This document shows positions 15,563 through 24,354 of a DNA stretch of 53,926 nt, one piece after another. The first letter of the stretch is position 1; each line of letters begins with the position of its first letter. Position numbers and translations under genes: made by a program. Source of the DNA: a virus (taxonomy: Duplodnaviria; Caudoviricetes); the IMG/VR virus record IMGVR_UViG_3300044946_000035, positions 1 through 53,926 of that record, one strand, 5' to 3'. The notes under the pieces are model-generated. The model ran no database searches. It worked only from the letters and a program-made list of their open reading frames with translations, and was not told the DNA's origin.

Positions 15563-16690
15563 TCATGGCTGCACCTCCCATACCATCCCGGACCCGCCTC
15601 CGGCCACGCCATAGACATTCCCCTTGGCATCCACGATCACATTGCCGTAAGCCGCCGTTACGGGATAGACCACGGAGAAGCTCCACTGGTCCCCGCCGGG
15701 AGTCAACTCGAACAGTTCACCGGAGGTAACCCCATAAATATTTCCGGCGGGGCCGACCGTAATCCCGGATTCGGGAATATCTTCTTTCGGCGCGAACTTC
15801 TCAAGATAGGCGCACTGCCATGATTTTCCTGCGGGGAATATCTGGTACACGGAAGATCCGACAGCGCCCACTCCCTTGAGGGTAACGCCGTAGAGATTCC
15901 CCTGCTGGTCGAAGGAAACTCCCCCGTAGGGCTCCTGGTACCAGCGATTGAAGGTATGCAGAAACTGGTGATACCACTTCCCATTCAGCAGGTAGAGCTT
16001 GAAGGCCACTCCCACGCCATACCCCGGCATCTTCCCGATACCGTACATGGTGGTGCCATAGAGATTCCCCTGGGCGTCGACCGTCAAGGGGCCGTCCGGC
16101 TGGTACCAGAGGTTGCTCAGTTCGGTCAGAACTTCGAACTGTCCGGCAGCGGTTACTTCGAATATGGTTCCGCAGCCCCCATCGCACTTGCTAACCCCGC
16201 CATGCGATGCCGAGCCATAGAAATTCCCCTGGGAGTCCACAGCCAATCCAGCGGTTGGTCCGCAGCCATCCTTCCCCTCAAAGACGTGCAGCAGCGCCAG
16301 CGTGCCCTGAGAGAGCTTAAATACGGTTCCACAATCATCGGCATTGCCCCCCAACTGAGTGGTGCCATAGAGGTTCCCTTGAGTATCCAGTACCAGTCCC
16401 CCGTTCGGGTACATGCCACCAGAACCGCCGGGGAACTGGTACTGGGTAGTTTTCTGCCAGCTGCCCGCCGACAGCTCAAAGATGGTGCCACAGCCAAAGC
16501 TCCCGCAGCCTGGCCCGACAATTCCTCCCTGGAGCGTGGCTCCGTAGAGATTGCCCTGGGCGTCCATGGTGAGCTGTCCGGAGGGAATATACCCATCCGA
16601 TCCTCCCTGAAACTGGTGCAGGATGGTAAAGGTTTGCGCTGGCACGATGGTTGCCAGCAGTAGAAACATCGAGAGCAGTTTTATCCGCAT
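15563..16690 (-). CDS. Secreted TIGR03803/GloVer tandem-repeat (beta-propeller-like) protein
   Basis: Signal peptide ...VPA|Q; repeated L..D.QGNLYGTT..GG...CGT(I/V)F(E/K)L units; AAGGAG SD. Confidence 0.85.
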   Translation of the reverse strand: MRIKLLSMFLLLATIVPAQTFTILHQFQGGSDGYIPSGQLTMDAQGNLYGATLQGGIVGPGCGSFGCGTIFELSAGSWQKTTQYQFPGGSGGMYPNGGLVLDTQGNLYGTTQLGGNADDCGTVFKLSQGTLALLHVFEGKDGCGPTAGLAVDSQGNFYGSASHGGVSKCDGGCGTIFEVTAAGQFEVLTELSNLWYQPDGPLTVDAQGNLYGTTMYGIGKMPGYGVGVAFKLYLLNGKWYHQFLHTFNRWYQEPYGGVSFDQQGNLYGVTLKGVGAVGSSVYQIFPAGKSWQCAYLEKFAPKEDIPESGITVGPAGNIYGVTSGELFELTPGGDQWSFSVVYPVTAAYGNVIVDAKGNVYGVAGGGSGMVWEVQP

Positions 16691-16702
16691 ATTATTCTCC
16701 TT

Positions 16703-16936
16703 TTAGCGCCGGTCTCTTTCCATGTCAGATTCCGCTTCTAGTGTTTCGTGCGCTCCGTGTTCGTCGCCAGGTTCGGCAGTTGTTCCGCCACCAATCCAAT
16801 CGGAAATCATTTTATGCCAATCGGAGCGTGGCTCTAATTGCGGATTGTCCCTGATCTGCTCGGGAGTCGGTTTGCTTTGCACCGTTTCTACCGCTTTAAA
16901 GCAATCCTCCAGCGGGAATCGGTTGTCAGCGTTCAT
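16703..16936 (-). CDS. Hypothetical acidic protein
   Basis: GAGGA SD; ATGA coupling. Confidence 0.6.
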   Translation of the reverse strand: MNADNRFPLEDCFKAVETVQSKPTPEQIRDNPQLEPRSDWHKMISDWIGGGTTAEPGDEHGAHETLEAESDMERDRR

Positions 16937-17112
16937 GGTTTGTCCTCGTCTTCTTCGGGCAGGTTAGCGATCTTTTCTTGGACTCCGCGTAGATAAGCGC
17001 GAATGATTGACAATGACGATTCCAGACCGTCTTCGGCTTCTTCCAGTTCCTCTCGCGTGTTGTGTTCCGCCAAGGACCAGTGGATCACTCCGACTTCATC
17101 GTTAAAATACAT
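16933..17112 (-). CDS. 59-aa acidic protein (not in the ORF track)
   Basis: MYFNDEVGVIHW...EEDEDKP; AAGGGA SD. Confidence 0.6.
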   Translation of the reverse strand: MYFNDEVGVIHWSLAEHNTREELEEAEDGLESSLSIIRAYLRGVQEKIANLPEEDEDKP

Positions 17113-17183
17113 TGTGTCCCTTTCTACGCTTCCGCGACTTCTCCCGCTCCCCAGGTCCGCTTGGGGATGCAGGGTCTAGCTCA

Positions 17184-17765
17184 CTACAGCCAACGATGCT
17201 GCAACGCATACCCGCCGTCGCCAGTGTGCATCTCTCCCTTGAACGTGCTGCGCTTGCATTCAGGATCGTTAGAGTGATCGTTCGATGGGCAGGAATCGCC
17301 AGAGCACTCGAAGCCATCTGGATAGAGATAGCGGCCAAGGTTGTAAACCAGCTCGAATCCCATGTCCATGCCGCAACCGCCTACCTCAATTCCAACATCC
17401 TGCACATATCCGGCGCGGTTCTTTACTGGATCGCCCATTGCTTGCGCTGCGGCCCATGAAATATCGCTAACGGCCTTACCATCGCTGATGAGTAAAGAGA
17501 TGCGCCTGCACATACCCGAGCGCGATACATGGCGCAGGATCGTATAAACGGTATCTCCGGGCTTGAGCAATTCGCGCAGGTTGAGTAGGGCTGCCGCTTC
17601 TTGCTCTAACTTAGAATCATGCTTGGGACGTGAACCGCACACGGAACACTCGTAATGTGCGTAGGGCGTGGGATGCTCCCCGAATATCTTTACCCATGCG
17701 TGCCGATATTTACAGCGTTTCGGCTTAACGGACTGCGTAGCGATTACCGCGTCACTCGTTGCCAT
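17184..17765 (-). CDS. Conserved phage early protein of unknown function
   Basis: LKPGDTVYTILRHVSRSGM.R.I...GCGMDMGF.LVYNL motif; AAGGAG SD. Confidence 0.75.
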   Translation of the reverse strand: MATSDAVIATQSVKPKRCKYRHAWVKIFGEHPTPYAHYECSVCGSRPKHDSKLEQEAAALLNLRELLKPGDTVYTILRHVSRSGMCRRISLLISDGKAVSDISWAAAQAMGDPVKNRAGYVQDVGIEVGGCGMDMGFELVYNLGRYLYPDGFECSGDSCPSNDHSNDPECKRSTFKGEMHTGDGGYALQHRWL

Positions 17766-17850
17766 TGTCGTATTCTCCTTGTCTGATTTGTACCCTGCAA
17801 AGCTACCGTCTGGCTTCGCCAAAGGCGCTGCGAACGGCAGCCTTCCGGGG

Positions 17851-18180
17851 TTAGGCTTCCACTCGTGCCATTGTGGTGTCGTCCAATCGTCCATAGTTAA
17901 CGTAGTAAGCGCAATCTTCGCAGATGGTGAACTGTTGGACTTCATTGTTCACATCGCGGCCAAACAGATATTCTCGATTTCCGCCCAGATGACAGCCGCA
18001 CATCTCGCAGGGATGCCACGAGAACCACGGTTCTCCGTCCTGATTGTCCTCTTGCTCTCCTTCCGGCTCACCATATGGCGTGCAGCCCGTAGAGAGAAAC
18101 GATAACCCTTCATTGACAATGAACTTGTTAATGGTCTGCGTGTATCGCGCGTACTCTTCTTTGGTCATAATATCTGGCAT
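17851..18180 (-). CDS. Conserved phage early protein (FSWxxCxxCG..LGGxR)
   Basis: Motif recognition; acidic; purine-rich SD. Confidence 0.7.
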   Translation of the reverse strand: MPDIMTKEEYARYTQTINKFIVNEGLSFLSTGCTPYGEPEGEQEDNQDGEPWFSWHPCEMCGCHLGGNREYLFGRDVNNEVQQFTICEDCAYYVNYGRLDDTTMARVEA

Positions 18181-18235
18181 TGTGAATCCCCTTTCCCTCT
18201 CGAAATGAACTGCTTTCGTCCAAAGTTTAGACGGG

Positions 18236-18505
18236 CTACTTCAATATCGAGCCTTGTAACTGCCTGCGTTTTAGCCAATCCAGCGTCTTGAGGCCCAGAT
18301 CTGTATCTGGATGCTTGTGTACCCAGCGTTTCAGCAATTGCACAGCATCCAACAGGTCGGCGTGATCGTTGTACGGATCGCTCGAACGCTCTAGGGGCGG
18401 CATCTCTTCGCGGCAACGTCCGCAGACGGTAATCTCTTGGCCGCCAATGACTTCTTTCTTGCGTCCCCATTTCAATTCGTCGTGAGTGCAGGGAATGTGA
18501 GTCAC
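18236..18505 (-). CDS. Hypothetical protein
   Basis: GTGA coupling; C/H motif. Confidence 0.6.
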   Translation of the reverse strand: MTHIPCTHDELKWGRKKEVIGGQEITVCGRCREEMPPLERSSDPYNDHADLLDAVQLLKRWVHKHPDTDLGLKTLDWLKRRQLQGSILK

Positions 18506-18759
18506 AGCGTCACCCGCTCGAAATTAGCAATCTTGTTTCGCGCTTCCGTGGTCCACTTAGGCAGAACGTATCGCGCCTTCATCCAGTCTGGCTTCGTGTT
18601 GCGTCTGACATGTCTGTCATGGCAAGAAGCGATACAGCCGCGTGTCTCACCGGACGGAGTGCGATAGCGATAGGGCGTCTCGACTGGTCGGATGCAGGTA
18701 TTGCAAATCTCCCGTCCATCTTCGATCCGACTGCTTGCAACTTTGACTGTGTGCGTCAT
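18502..18759 (-). CDS. Hypothetical Cys/His protein
   Basis: CNTC...GCIASCH; ATGA coupling. Confidence 0.6.
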   Translation of the reverse strand: MTHTVKVASSRIEDGREICNTCIRPVETPYRYRTPSGETRGCIASCHDRHVRRNTKPDWMKARYVLPKWTTEARNKIANFERVTL

Positions 18760-18938
18760 ATAGATTCCCTTCTTCCTTTCATCTGAGCTGATTGAACCGC
18801 ATCCCGCTGAATAGTCTGAATCCCGATCCTCAAAACTTCGCGGGCAGCTTGACTAAAGGACCACTTCTGCCGTTCCGCCACAGCTTGCACCGCGTCACGC
18901 TCACTCTCTTCTATTCTTGCCTGTACATGAACTAGCAT
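18756..18938 (-). CDS. Ribbon-helix-helix regulator; first early gene, probably leaderless
   Basis: MLVHVQARIEESERDAVQAVAERQKWSFSQAAREVLRIG. Confidence 0.7.
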   Translation of the reverse strand: MLVHVQARIEESERDAVQAVAERQKWSFSQAAREVLRIGIQTIQRDAVQSAQMKGRRESI

Positions 18939-18944
18939 GGATAC

Positions 18945-18973
18945 ACAGTATACGATAGATACAAACCTGTCAA
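18945..18973 (-). promoter_or_regulatory. Major leftward (early) promoter
   Basis: TTGACA-17-TACTGT; ATG begins 6 nt after the -10. Confidence 0.65.
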
Positions 18974-19111
18974 TACTTTTCTTCATCCTTGCTGTCAATC
19001 ACTTGCAGAGATTTCCACAGGACTTGACACGGTATGCTAGACTAGACAACGATGTCCGACCGACAGAGCCTTTGACCGAACTTTACTCCGATTCGCAGCA
19101 AAGCAAGACGG

Positions 19112-19390
19112 ATGACCAAACTTACTTACCGTGTCAACCCTGACACGATGGAAAGGACCTTAGCTGGTCCTCCTCCACGCTGGCGTAACCTATCACTTGC
19201 AAGACGAGCAGCGTACTGGTCAGCTAAGGTTCGGTACCAACACATACTCTCAGAGGTAAACGCCGGCCGGGCCTTCCTGGTCCCGCGTATCCGGCCATGC
19301 CGGCAGAAGCCGCCAGCGCCTGGCGAACCATCCCGAGCAGCCGTGCTCCTGGACAACTCGCCGGACCTCTGGCCATGGGACCCGCGCTGA
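19112..19390 (+). CDS. Hypothetical basic protein
   Basis: 92-aa ORF; no clear SD. Confidence 0.4.
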   Translation: MTKLTYRVNPDTMERTLAGPPPRWRNLSLARRAAYWSAKVRYQHILSEVNAGRAFLVPRIRPCRQKPPAPGEPSRAAVLLDNSPDLWPWDPR

Positions 19391-19460
19391 ATGTCCGAGC
19401 CCCCTGGCTCACCAGACGGGTACGGGCCATGCGGGGGCGTACACCCCCACTTATAATAAA

Positions 19461-19489
19461 TTGACATTTTATACAAAGCATGTTTTAAT
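19461..19489 (+). promoter_or_regulatory. Rightward promoter in an AT-rich patch
   Basis: TTGACA-17-TTTAAT with extended TG. Confidence 0.5.
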
Positions 19490-19497
19490 TAGCGATT

Positions 19498-19584
19498 ATG
19501 TACGGTCACGTCTCTAGATACGAGTACGTTCCCGAGGGAGTGGAGTTTATTTATTGTCTTTACGATCCAAACTTTATTGGATAA
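19498..19584 (+). pseudogene. 28-aa ORF, possible GIY-YIG endonuclease remnant
   Basis: ...EFIYCLYDPNFIG-stop resembles the IYxLxDP...(Y/F)IG start of GIY-YIG nucleases. Confidence 0.3.
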
Positions 19585-19590
19585 ACCGAA

Positions 19591-19800
19591 TCAGGTCTGA
19601 GGGCCATCCGTTAACAAACGTGCATGGATTCGGAATTTCGGCACTTTTCTGCCCGGAAAGCGCGCCCGGTACGCCGCCTCCAGATTACGAGAGAGTGCAG
19701 CCAGTTTTCTGGGGGACGTAGACTTTCCCCCAATTGATCCGGCGCGGCTCAGATGCACGCGGAGAGTATCTTCTGGATCAATGGGCTTGCGCTTCTTCAC
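19591..19800 (-). CDS. Small basic putative DNA-binding protein
   Basis: GSIGGKSTSPRKLAALSRN motif common in phage proteins. Confidence 0.6.
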   Translation of the reverse strand: MKKRKPIDPEDTLRVHLSRAGSIGGKSTSPRKLAALSRNLEAAYRARFPGRKVPKFRIHARLLTDGPQT

Positions 19801-19835
19801 GGATGGGATTATAACATGCTTTGGATGGAGGTCAA

Positions 19836-20012
19836 ATGATTGAGCTAACGGGTAAGAACGGTCGAAAGGTGCTAGTCAATCCCGCGATGGTTGCCTGCGT
19901 GGATAGCGATCCGCAGGGGCAATGCTCGATCTTCTTCGTCGGCTACAATATCCAAGTGAAAGAAAGTTACGTGGAGATAAAGGGCGCGATTGCTGCGAGA
20001 ATGCTGAAATGA
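19836..20012 (+). CDS. FlbD-like small protein
   Basis: GGAGGT SD; MIELT...VLVNP..V..V...I.VKES..EI. Confidence 0.65.
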   Translation: MIELTGKNGRKVLVNPAMVACVDSDPQGQCSIFFVGYNIQVKESYVEIKGAIAARMLK

Positions 20013-20518
20013 AATCCATCGCCGAGCGCCCGCCGATCCTGACCGTCCACGAGGACTCGGGCGACTACATCCTCCGCGTCGGGGACACCCGCTACCGCTC
20101 GCTGGTGGTCGGCGTGTCCAAGCTGCTGACAGATGCCCGCCGGCTGATTGTGGTGACGCCAGGGGATGTGAAATTCTTTGTGATGGGGGATGGCGATGGA
20201 TCCAGCGCTGACGATAGCACCGTGGCTACTGATAGTGATTCTGGTGGTAGCACTGTCTCTGAGGAAGTGATCGCCGAGCAGGAGTCGCACGCCCTACCCA
20301 ATGCCGAACCGGAAGATGCTGAACCAATACTGAAGACCGTCCGCAAGCGTAAGCCTCTCAATCCAGACGTTAGGGTCGGCCATACGGAGAACTGCCAGCG
20401 CTGCGCGGGCTCGGGAAAGACCAGCGTGCTGATGCCGGACAACTCGGCGGCGGAGACGGCCTGCCCGATCTGCCGGGGCGAGGGACAGATCAAGCGTTAC
20501 GGCAGTCGCCGTAGTTAG
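20009..20518 (+). CDS. Protein with a C-terminal DnaJ-type CxxCxGxG Zn finger
   Basis: CQRCAGSG...CPICRGEG. Confidence 0.75.
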   Translation: MKSIAERPPILTVHEDSGDYILRVGDTRYRSLVVGVSKLLTDARRLIVVTPGDVKFFVMGDGDGSSADDSTVATDSDSGGSTVSEEVIAEQESHALPNAEPEDAEPILKTVRKRKPLNPDVRVGHTENCQRCAGSGKTSVLMPDNSAAETACPICRGEGQIKRYGSRRS

Positions 20519-20538
20519 ACGAACGGAACGAGGCAAAG

Positions 20539-20712
20539 ATGAAGGACGATGATGACATCACGAAATACTACCCCTTGCCTGATTACCATCAGGTAGACGG
20601 AACCATCCTGAACCTGACGAATATACAGGTGCCGGACAATCCCTGCGACCGTGGCCCGTCCTGCACCTGCCACTACCAGAAGGCGGCGAGGAAGAAACGG
20701 AAGTCCAAATGA
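20539..20712 (+). CDS. 57-aa hypothetical protein (not in the ORF track)
   Basis: GAGG SD; MKDDDDITKYYP...; ATGA coupling. Confidence 0.55.
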   Translation: MKDDDDITKYYPLPDYHQVDGTILNLTNIQVPDNPCDRGPSCTCHYQKAARKKRKSK

Positions 20713-21008
20713 CTCCCGACGAGATGCCCGCTTGTCGATGCACCGCGCACCCAGCGGGAGACGACCGCAAGAAGTACATGGTCATCGCGGAGTGTACCTC
20801 GGACTTCGTGGTCTTCTGCTGCAAGCGCTGCTCAGAGATTACCAAGGTCGCGGTCATCCAGGTGCAGACCTTCGGCAACCTGAAGAAGAAGGCCCAGTAC
20901 GAGGCCATGCAGAAACGGCAGCGCATGGACCCGGAGCTGCTGAGGATGATTATGGCGCGGCGGCGGGGAAGAGTCAGATACCGGAGGGAAGATGACGCAG
21001 ACAAATAA
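20709..21008 (+). CDS. Cys-rich hypothetical protein
   Basis: CRC..H...CCKRC; basic C-terminus. Confidence 0.65.
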   Translation: MTPDEMPACRCTAHPAGDDRKKYMVIAECTSDFVVFCCKRCSEITKVAVIQVQTFGNLKKKAQYEAMQKRQRMDPELLRMIMARRRGRVRYRREDDADK

Positions 21009-21159
21009 CCAAGGCTGTATGGATCTACCAAGTTCTCCACATCACTATGAGATCGTGTGGTCCGACAATAAATCTGGTAGAGCCCTACTGGTTTGTACTC
21101 AATGTGCCAATCCTAAAAAGATTGATATACGCGAGTTCTGGAAGGACGAAGATGCCTGA
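20992..21159 (+). CDS. 55-aa hypothetical protein (not in the ORF track)
   Basis: GGAGG SD; C...H...CTQC. Confidence 0.5.
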   Translation: MTQTNNQGCMDLPSSPHHYEIVWSDNKSGRALLVCTQCANPKKIDIREFWKDEDA

Positions 21160-21364
21160 TCCCAAGTTAGAGCCCACCATCCCCCTGAAGCCGGGGGATA
21201 TCGTTCGGCTCAAAAGCTCCACCCGCTGCATGGTCATCGAGCAACTGGTGCAGCAGGGCTCGATGGTCAACGTGGTGTTAATCAACCCGGTGGACGGCTG
21301 CCTCTACCATGAGACGGTGTGCATCGAGGCGGTGGAGAAAGCGGAGGATGACGACGATGACTAA
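21152..21364 (+). CDS. DUF2158/YodC-like small protein
   Basis: LKPGDIVRLKS...MVI motif. Confidence 0.65.
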   Translation: MPDPKLEPTIPLKPGDIVRLKSSTRCMVIEQLVQQGSMVNVVLINPVDGCLYHETVCIEAVEKAEDDDDD

Positions 21365-21806
21365 CCCTCTCCATCTCGAACCGCACCCCGAGTCCGAACG
21401 CTCCTACGCCGAACTACGATCCGAGTTCCGCGCCGAGAACCTTCAGCGAATCCGGTCGCTGCTGAAGGACTACCGCGTCAACGGAGTGAATATGAAACTC
21501 CTCGGCGAGCCCCTAGCCGCGCTCGGAGGCACCACTCCCGAGAAACGCGCCAAGCTACTCCTAGAAGCCCTCGACTCCCCAGTGGAGCAGGACTTCAACC
21601 TGGGCTCGGTCCCGGTCGAGTTCATCCAGCGCCTCGGCGACCTCGTGGCGGAATGCGATGAGTTCGAGCAGGTGACATGGCCCGATGGCATGGGCGCGGT
21701 GGATCACGACGCACCTCCCGCGCCGATCCCGGTTGAGATGATGACAGACGCGGAACAGTGTGAGTACGTGGATCGAGCGATCAAGAGTTCAGAGGATAAG
21801 TCCTGA
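21357..21806 (+). CDS. Hypothetical protein
   Basis: GGAGG SD; coupled to neighbouring genes. Confidence 0.65.
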   Translation: MTNPLHLEPHPESERSYAELRSEFRAENLQRIRSLLKDYRVNGVNMKLLGEPLAALGGTTPEKRAKLLLEALDSPVEQDFNLGSVPVEFIQRLGDLVAECDEFEQVTWPDGMGAVDHDAPPAPIPVEMMTDAEQCEYVDRAIKSSEDKS

Positions 21807-22015
21807 TGGATCGCCTCAAATGCAGCACGGTTACTGACACGCTCATGCAGGCAATGGAACGCGCTGAGGACATGGAAGATGTGGTTATTATTTACTACGC
21901 TAAGGATGGCTGCAAAGGTTCCATGTTTTGCAGTGAGGGGATGAAATCGAGCGATACCTTATGGCTTCTCGAACAATTCAAGGCGTGGCTCCTTGGCCTC
22001 GCCCGGAGAGATTGA
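21806..22015 (+). CDS. Hypothetical protein
   Basis: TGATG coupling; VVIIYY...LWLLEQFK. Confidence 0.65.
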   Translation: MDRLKCSTVTDTLMQAMERAEDMEDVVIIYYAKDGCKGSMFCSEGMKSSDTLWLLEQFKAWLLGLARRD

Positions 22016-23488
22016 ATGGCTAAGTACAACATCACCCGCATAGTCCCTGAAGGCTTCCTCCACACCTCCGCCTTCCTCGAAGTCATCGACTCGCTAGCGT
22101 GGGCGCTCTCCTCCCTTGGCCATGACGTGAACGTGACCCAGAACTGGCTCTCCGAGCACGGCGAGACCAACATCGTCTTCGGCGCGGAAGTGATGGCTCC
22201 CTTCCAGCGCCTCCCGCACAATTCCATAATCTACAATCTTGAACAACCATCACATCCCAACATGGATAAGGTGAGGGCGTTTGCTCGCGGAGTTAAAGTA
22301 TGGGACTTCTCTGCCAGCAACGTGAAGGATTGGCAGGACCGGGCGGTCGAGGCGTACCACGTCCCAGTTGGCTACACCCCGAACCTCACTCGTATCCCCA
22401 AGTCCTCGGAGCAGGACATCGACGTATGCTTCTGGGGCTGGCTCACTCCCCGCCGCGTGGCCCTTCTCGACTCCCTTCAGAAAGCAGGCCTCAAGGTCTA
22501 TTCCGGCGCAGCCTGCTACGGCGGCGGCAGAGACAACATCATCAGCCGCTCTAAAGTCTGCCTCAACGTTCACCACGATGGCCGCGACATGTTCGAGATC
22601 GTCCGCTGCTCCTACCTTTTCGCTAACTCCAAGTGCGTCATCTCTGAGCAATCCGTGGACGACTCTGACTACCCCATCTCTCGAATCTCCGTGGACTACC
22701 GCGCCCTGCTCGACCATTGCGTGACCTATGCACGGGACCACGGCGCGGTCCGCCGGTCGATGGAACACCTGGCGCTGGAGGATTTCAGGAAGCTGGATTT
22801 CAGGATTCCAGTCAGGAAGGCGCTTGAAGGTGTGAAGGAGGTGATGCCCGCTGCAACCACAACAACCACCACTGACCTAACCGGGGGCCAGCCGAGCGTC
22901 AAACGAGCTGGTGATGTACTGACTAGAGCGCAGGAACGATACGAGCGTGGTTGTGCCGAAGGCGACATGCGCGACTTCCTCCCCTGGCTCCGCGCCCACG
23001 CCAAGGGCAACGTCATGGAGATCGGCGTCCGCGACGGCGCATCCACTTCCGCCTTTCTCCTCGGCCTCGAAGAACACGGGGGCCATCTCTACTCCGTGGA
23101 CGTGATGGACTGCTCCGCCCTATTCGCCGGCCATCCCCAGTGGACCTTCATCCACGCCAACTCCACCGACCTCAAGGCCGTCGGCAGGCACATGCCCTAC
23201 GAACTCGACCTCCTCCTGATCGACGGCGACCACTCCCGCGCCGGAGTCCTCGCCGACTTCCAGTACGCTCGCCAGCTTCGTCCCGGCGGCTGCGTTCTCT
23301 TCCACGACATCGACCCGGCCTGCAAGCCTCCGGGATGTTCCGCTGTGGACTGGCCGGGGGACGCGGTGCGGGACGTGTTCGAGGAACTTTCCGCCGCACT
23401 CGCTCCGCAGGGATGGAAGTCGGAGAGGCTGGAGGGCAAATATGGAATGGGGATCTTGTGGAAACCAGAAAGGGTGGCCCACCCCTGA
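22016..23488 (+). CDS. Fusion of a GT-B-like glycosyltransferase and a class I SAM methyltransferase (Methyltransf_24-like)
   Basis: YNLEQ, SKVCLNVH...FEIVR...VISE (GT); MEIGVRDGAST, YSVD, IDGDHS, GG...FHD (MTase). Confidence 0.85.
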   Translation: MAKYNITRIVPEGFLHTSAFLEVIDSLAWALSSLGHDVNVTQNWLSEHGETNIVFGAEVMAPFQRLPHNSIIYNLEQPSHPNMDKVRAFARGVKVWDFSASNVKDWQDRAVEAYHVPVGYTPNLTRIPKSSEQDIDVCFWGWLTPRRVALLDSLQKAGLKVYSGAACYGGGRDNIISRSKVCLNVHHDGRDMFEIVRCSYLFANSKCVISEQSVDDSDYPISRISVDYRALLDHCVTYARDHGAVRRSMEHLALEDFRKLDFRIPVRKALEGVKEVMPAATTTTTTDLTGGQPSVKRAGDVLTRAQERYERGCAEGDMRDFLPWLRAHAKGNVMEIGVRDGASTSAFLLGLEEHGGHLYSVDVMDCSALFAGHPQWTFIHANSTDLKAVGRHMPYELDLLLIDGDHSRAGVLADFQYARQLRPGGCVLFHDIDPACKPPGCSAVDWPGDAVRDVFEELSAALAPQGWKSERLEGKYGMGILWKPERVAHP

Positions 23489-24354
23489 AGATCCTGTTCA
23501 TCTCGGCTGGCGGCAACACGCAGGACTACCTCCGCGATTGCGTATTCCACGGCCTCCGCTCTATCCTCGGCCCCGATGTGGTAGACGTTGGCAAGCTGAA
23601 CTCCATGTACGTCGGCGCGGACCGCTCACAAATGTACGGGAAGGGAATGACCCTCTATGGAGAACTGCCGGACATCCCCGTGGACCGCACCGATATTCTG
23701 AAAAAGGTGGCCCACTCTTTCTTCGACCTCGTGATCTATGGCTCCATTCATCGCTGTCAGGACCTCCTGCACGAAGTCGTCTCCAAGTATCCCCCATCCC
23801 GCGTCGTCTACATCGACGGAGAAGATCACCCTGGCTACCTTAAAGGGCTTCCGGGGATCTACTTCAAACGTGAGCTTCACAACCCTCAGCCCGGAGTTCG
23901 CCCCATCCAGTTCGCCATCCCCAAGGAAAAGATCCTAAAGGATGGCCCACCCAAATCCCGGCTGATGGCCCCCATGGACCCGCTGGATTCCTCGACCTAC
24001 ATTTACAAGGACGAAGCTTCCTACTACGCCCAGTACGCCTCCTCCTACTACGCCGCCACCATGAAAAAGGCCGGATGGGACTGCCTGCGCCACTACGAGA
24101 TCCTGTCGCAGTGGGCGATCCCTTACTTTCGCTGTCTTGAAGCGTGCCCCACGTCGATTATGGCCAGACTGCCGAAGCGAGAGCTGATGGTCATCAAAGA
24201 TTTCCTCGAACTTCCTCTGGATAACAATCGGGAATCCCTTATGAAAAGTCTGTACGACTACCTGATCGAGCCTATCATGGAGACGATGAGGTCCTGCCTA
24301 ACCACCGAAGCCCTCGCCCGCTCGATCCTCGACACCGCAAAGGCAGCCCAATGA
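23485..24354 (+). CDS. GT-B-like glycosyltransferase; apparent CTG start
   Basis: LKILFIS...DYLRD...HGLR, YIDGED, YFKREL, KKAGWDCLRHYEI; no in-frame ATG near the domain start. Confidence 0.75.
   Translation: MKILFISAGGNTQDYLRDCVFHGLRSILGPDVVDVGKLNSMYVGADRSQMYGKGMTLYGELPDIPVDRTDILKKVAHSFFDLVIYGSIHRCQDLLHEVVSKYPPSRVVYIDGEDHPGYLKGLPGIYFKRELHNPQPGVRPIQFAIPKEKILKDGPPKSRLMAPMDPLDSSTYIYKDEASYYAQYASSYYAATMKKAGWDCLRHYEILSQWAIPYFRCLEACPTSIMARLPKRELMVIKDFLELPLDNNRESLMKSLYDYLIEPIMETMRSCLTTEALARSILDTAKAAQ

Noticed and set aside
19024-19075. TTGACA at 19024 as a rightward promoter
   Set aside because: No acceptable -10 at 16-18 nt spacing, and only a 7-codon ORF follows
22951-23484. N-terminal 178 aa of the track ORF 22951..24354
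   Set aside because: Arg/Pro-rich off-frame translation overlapping the methyltransferase domain; the recognisable domain begins at 23485
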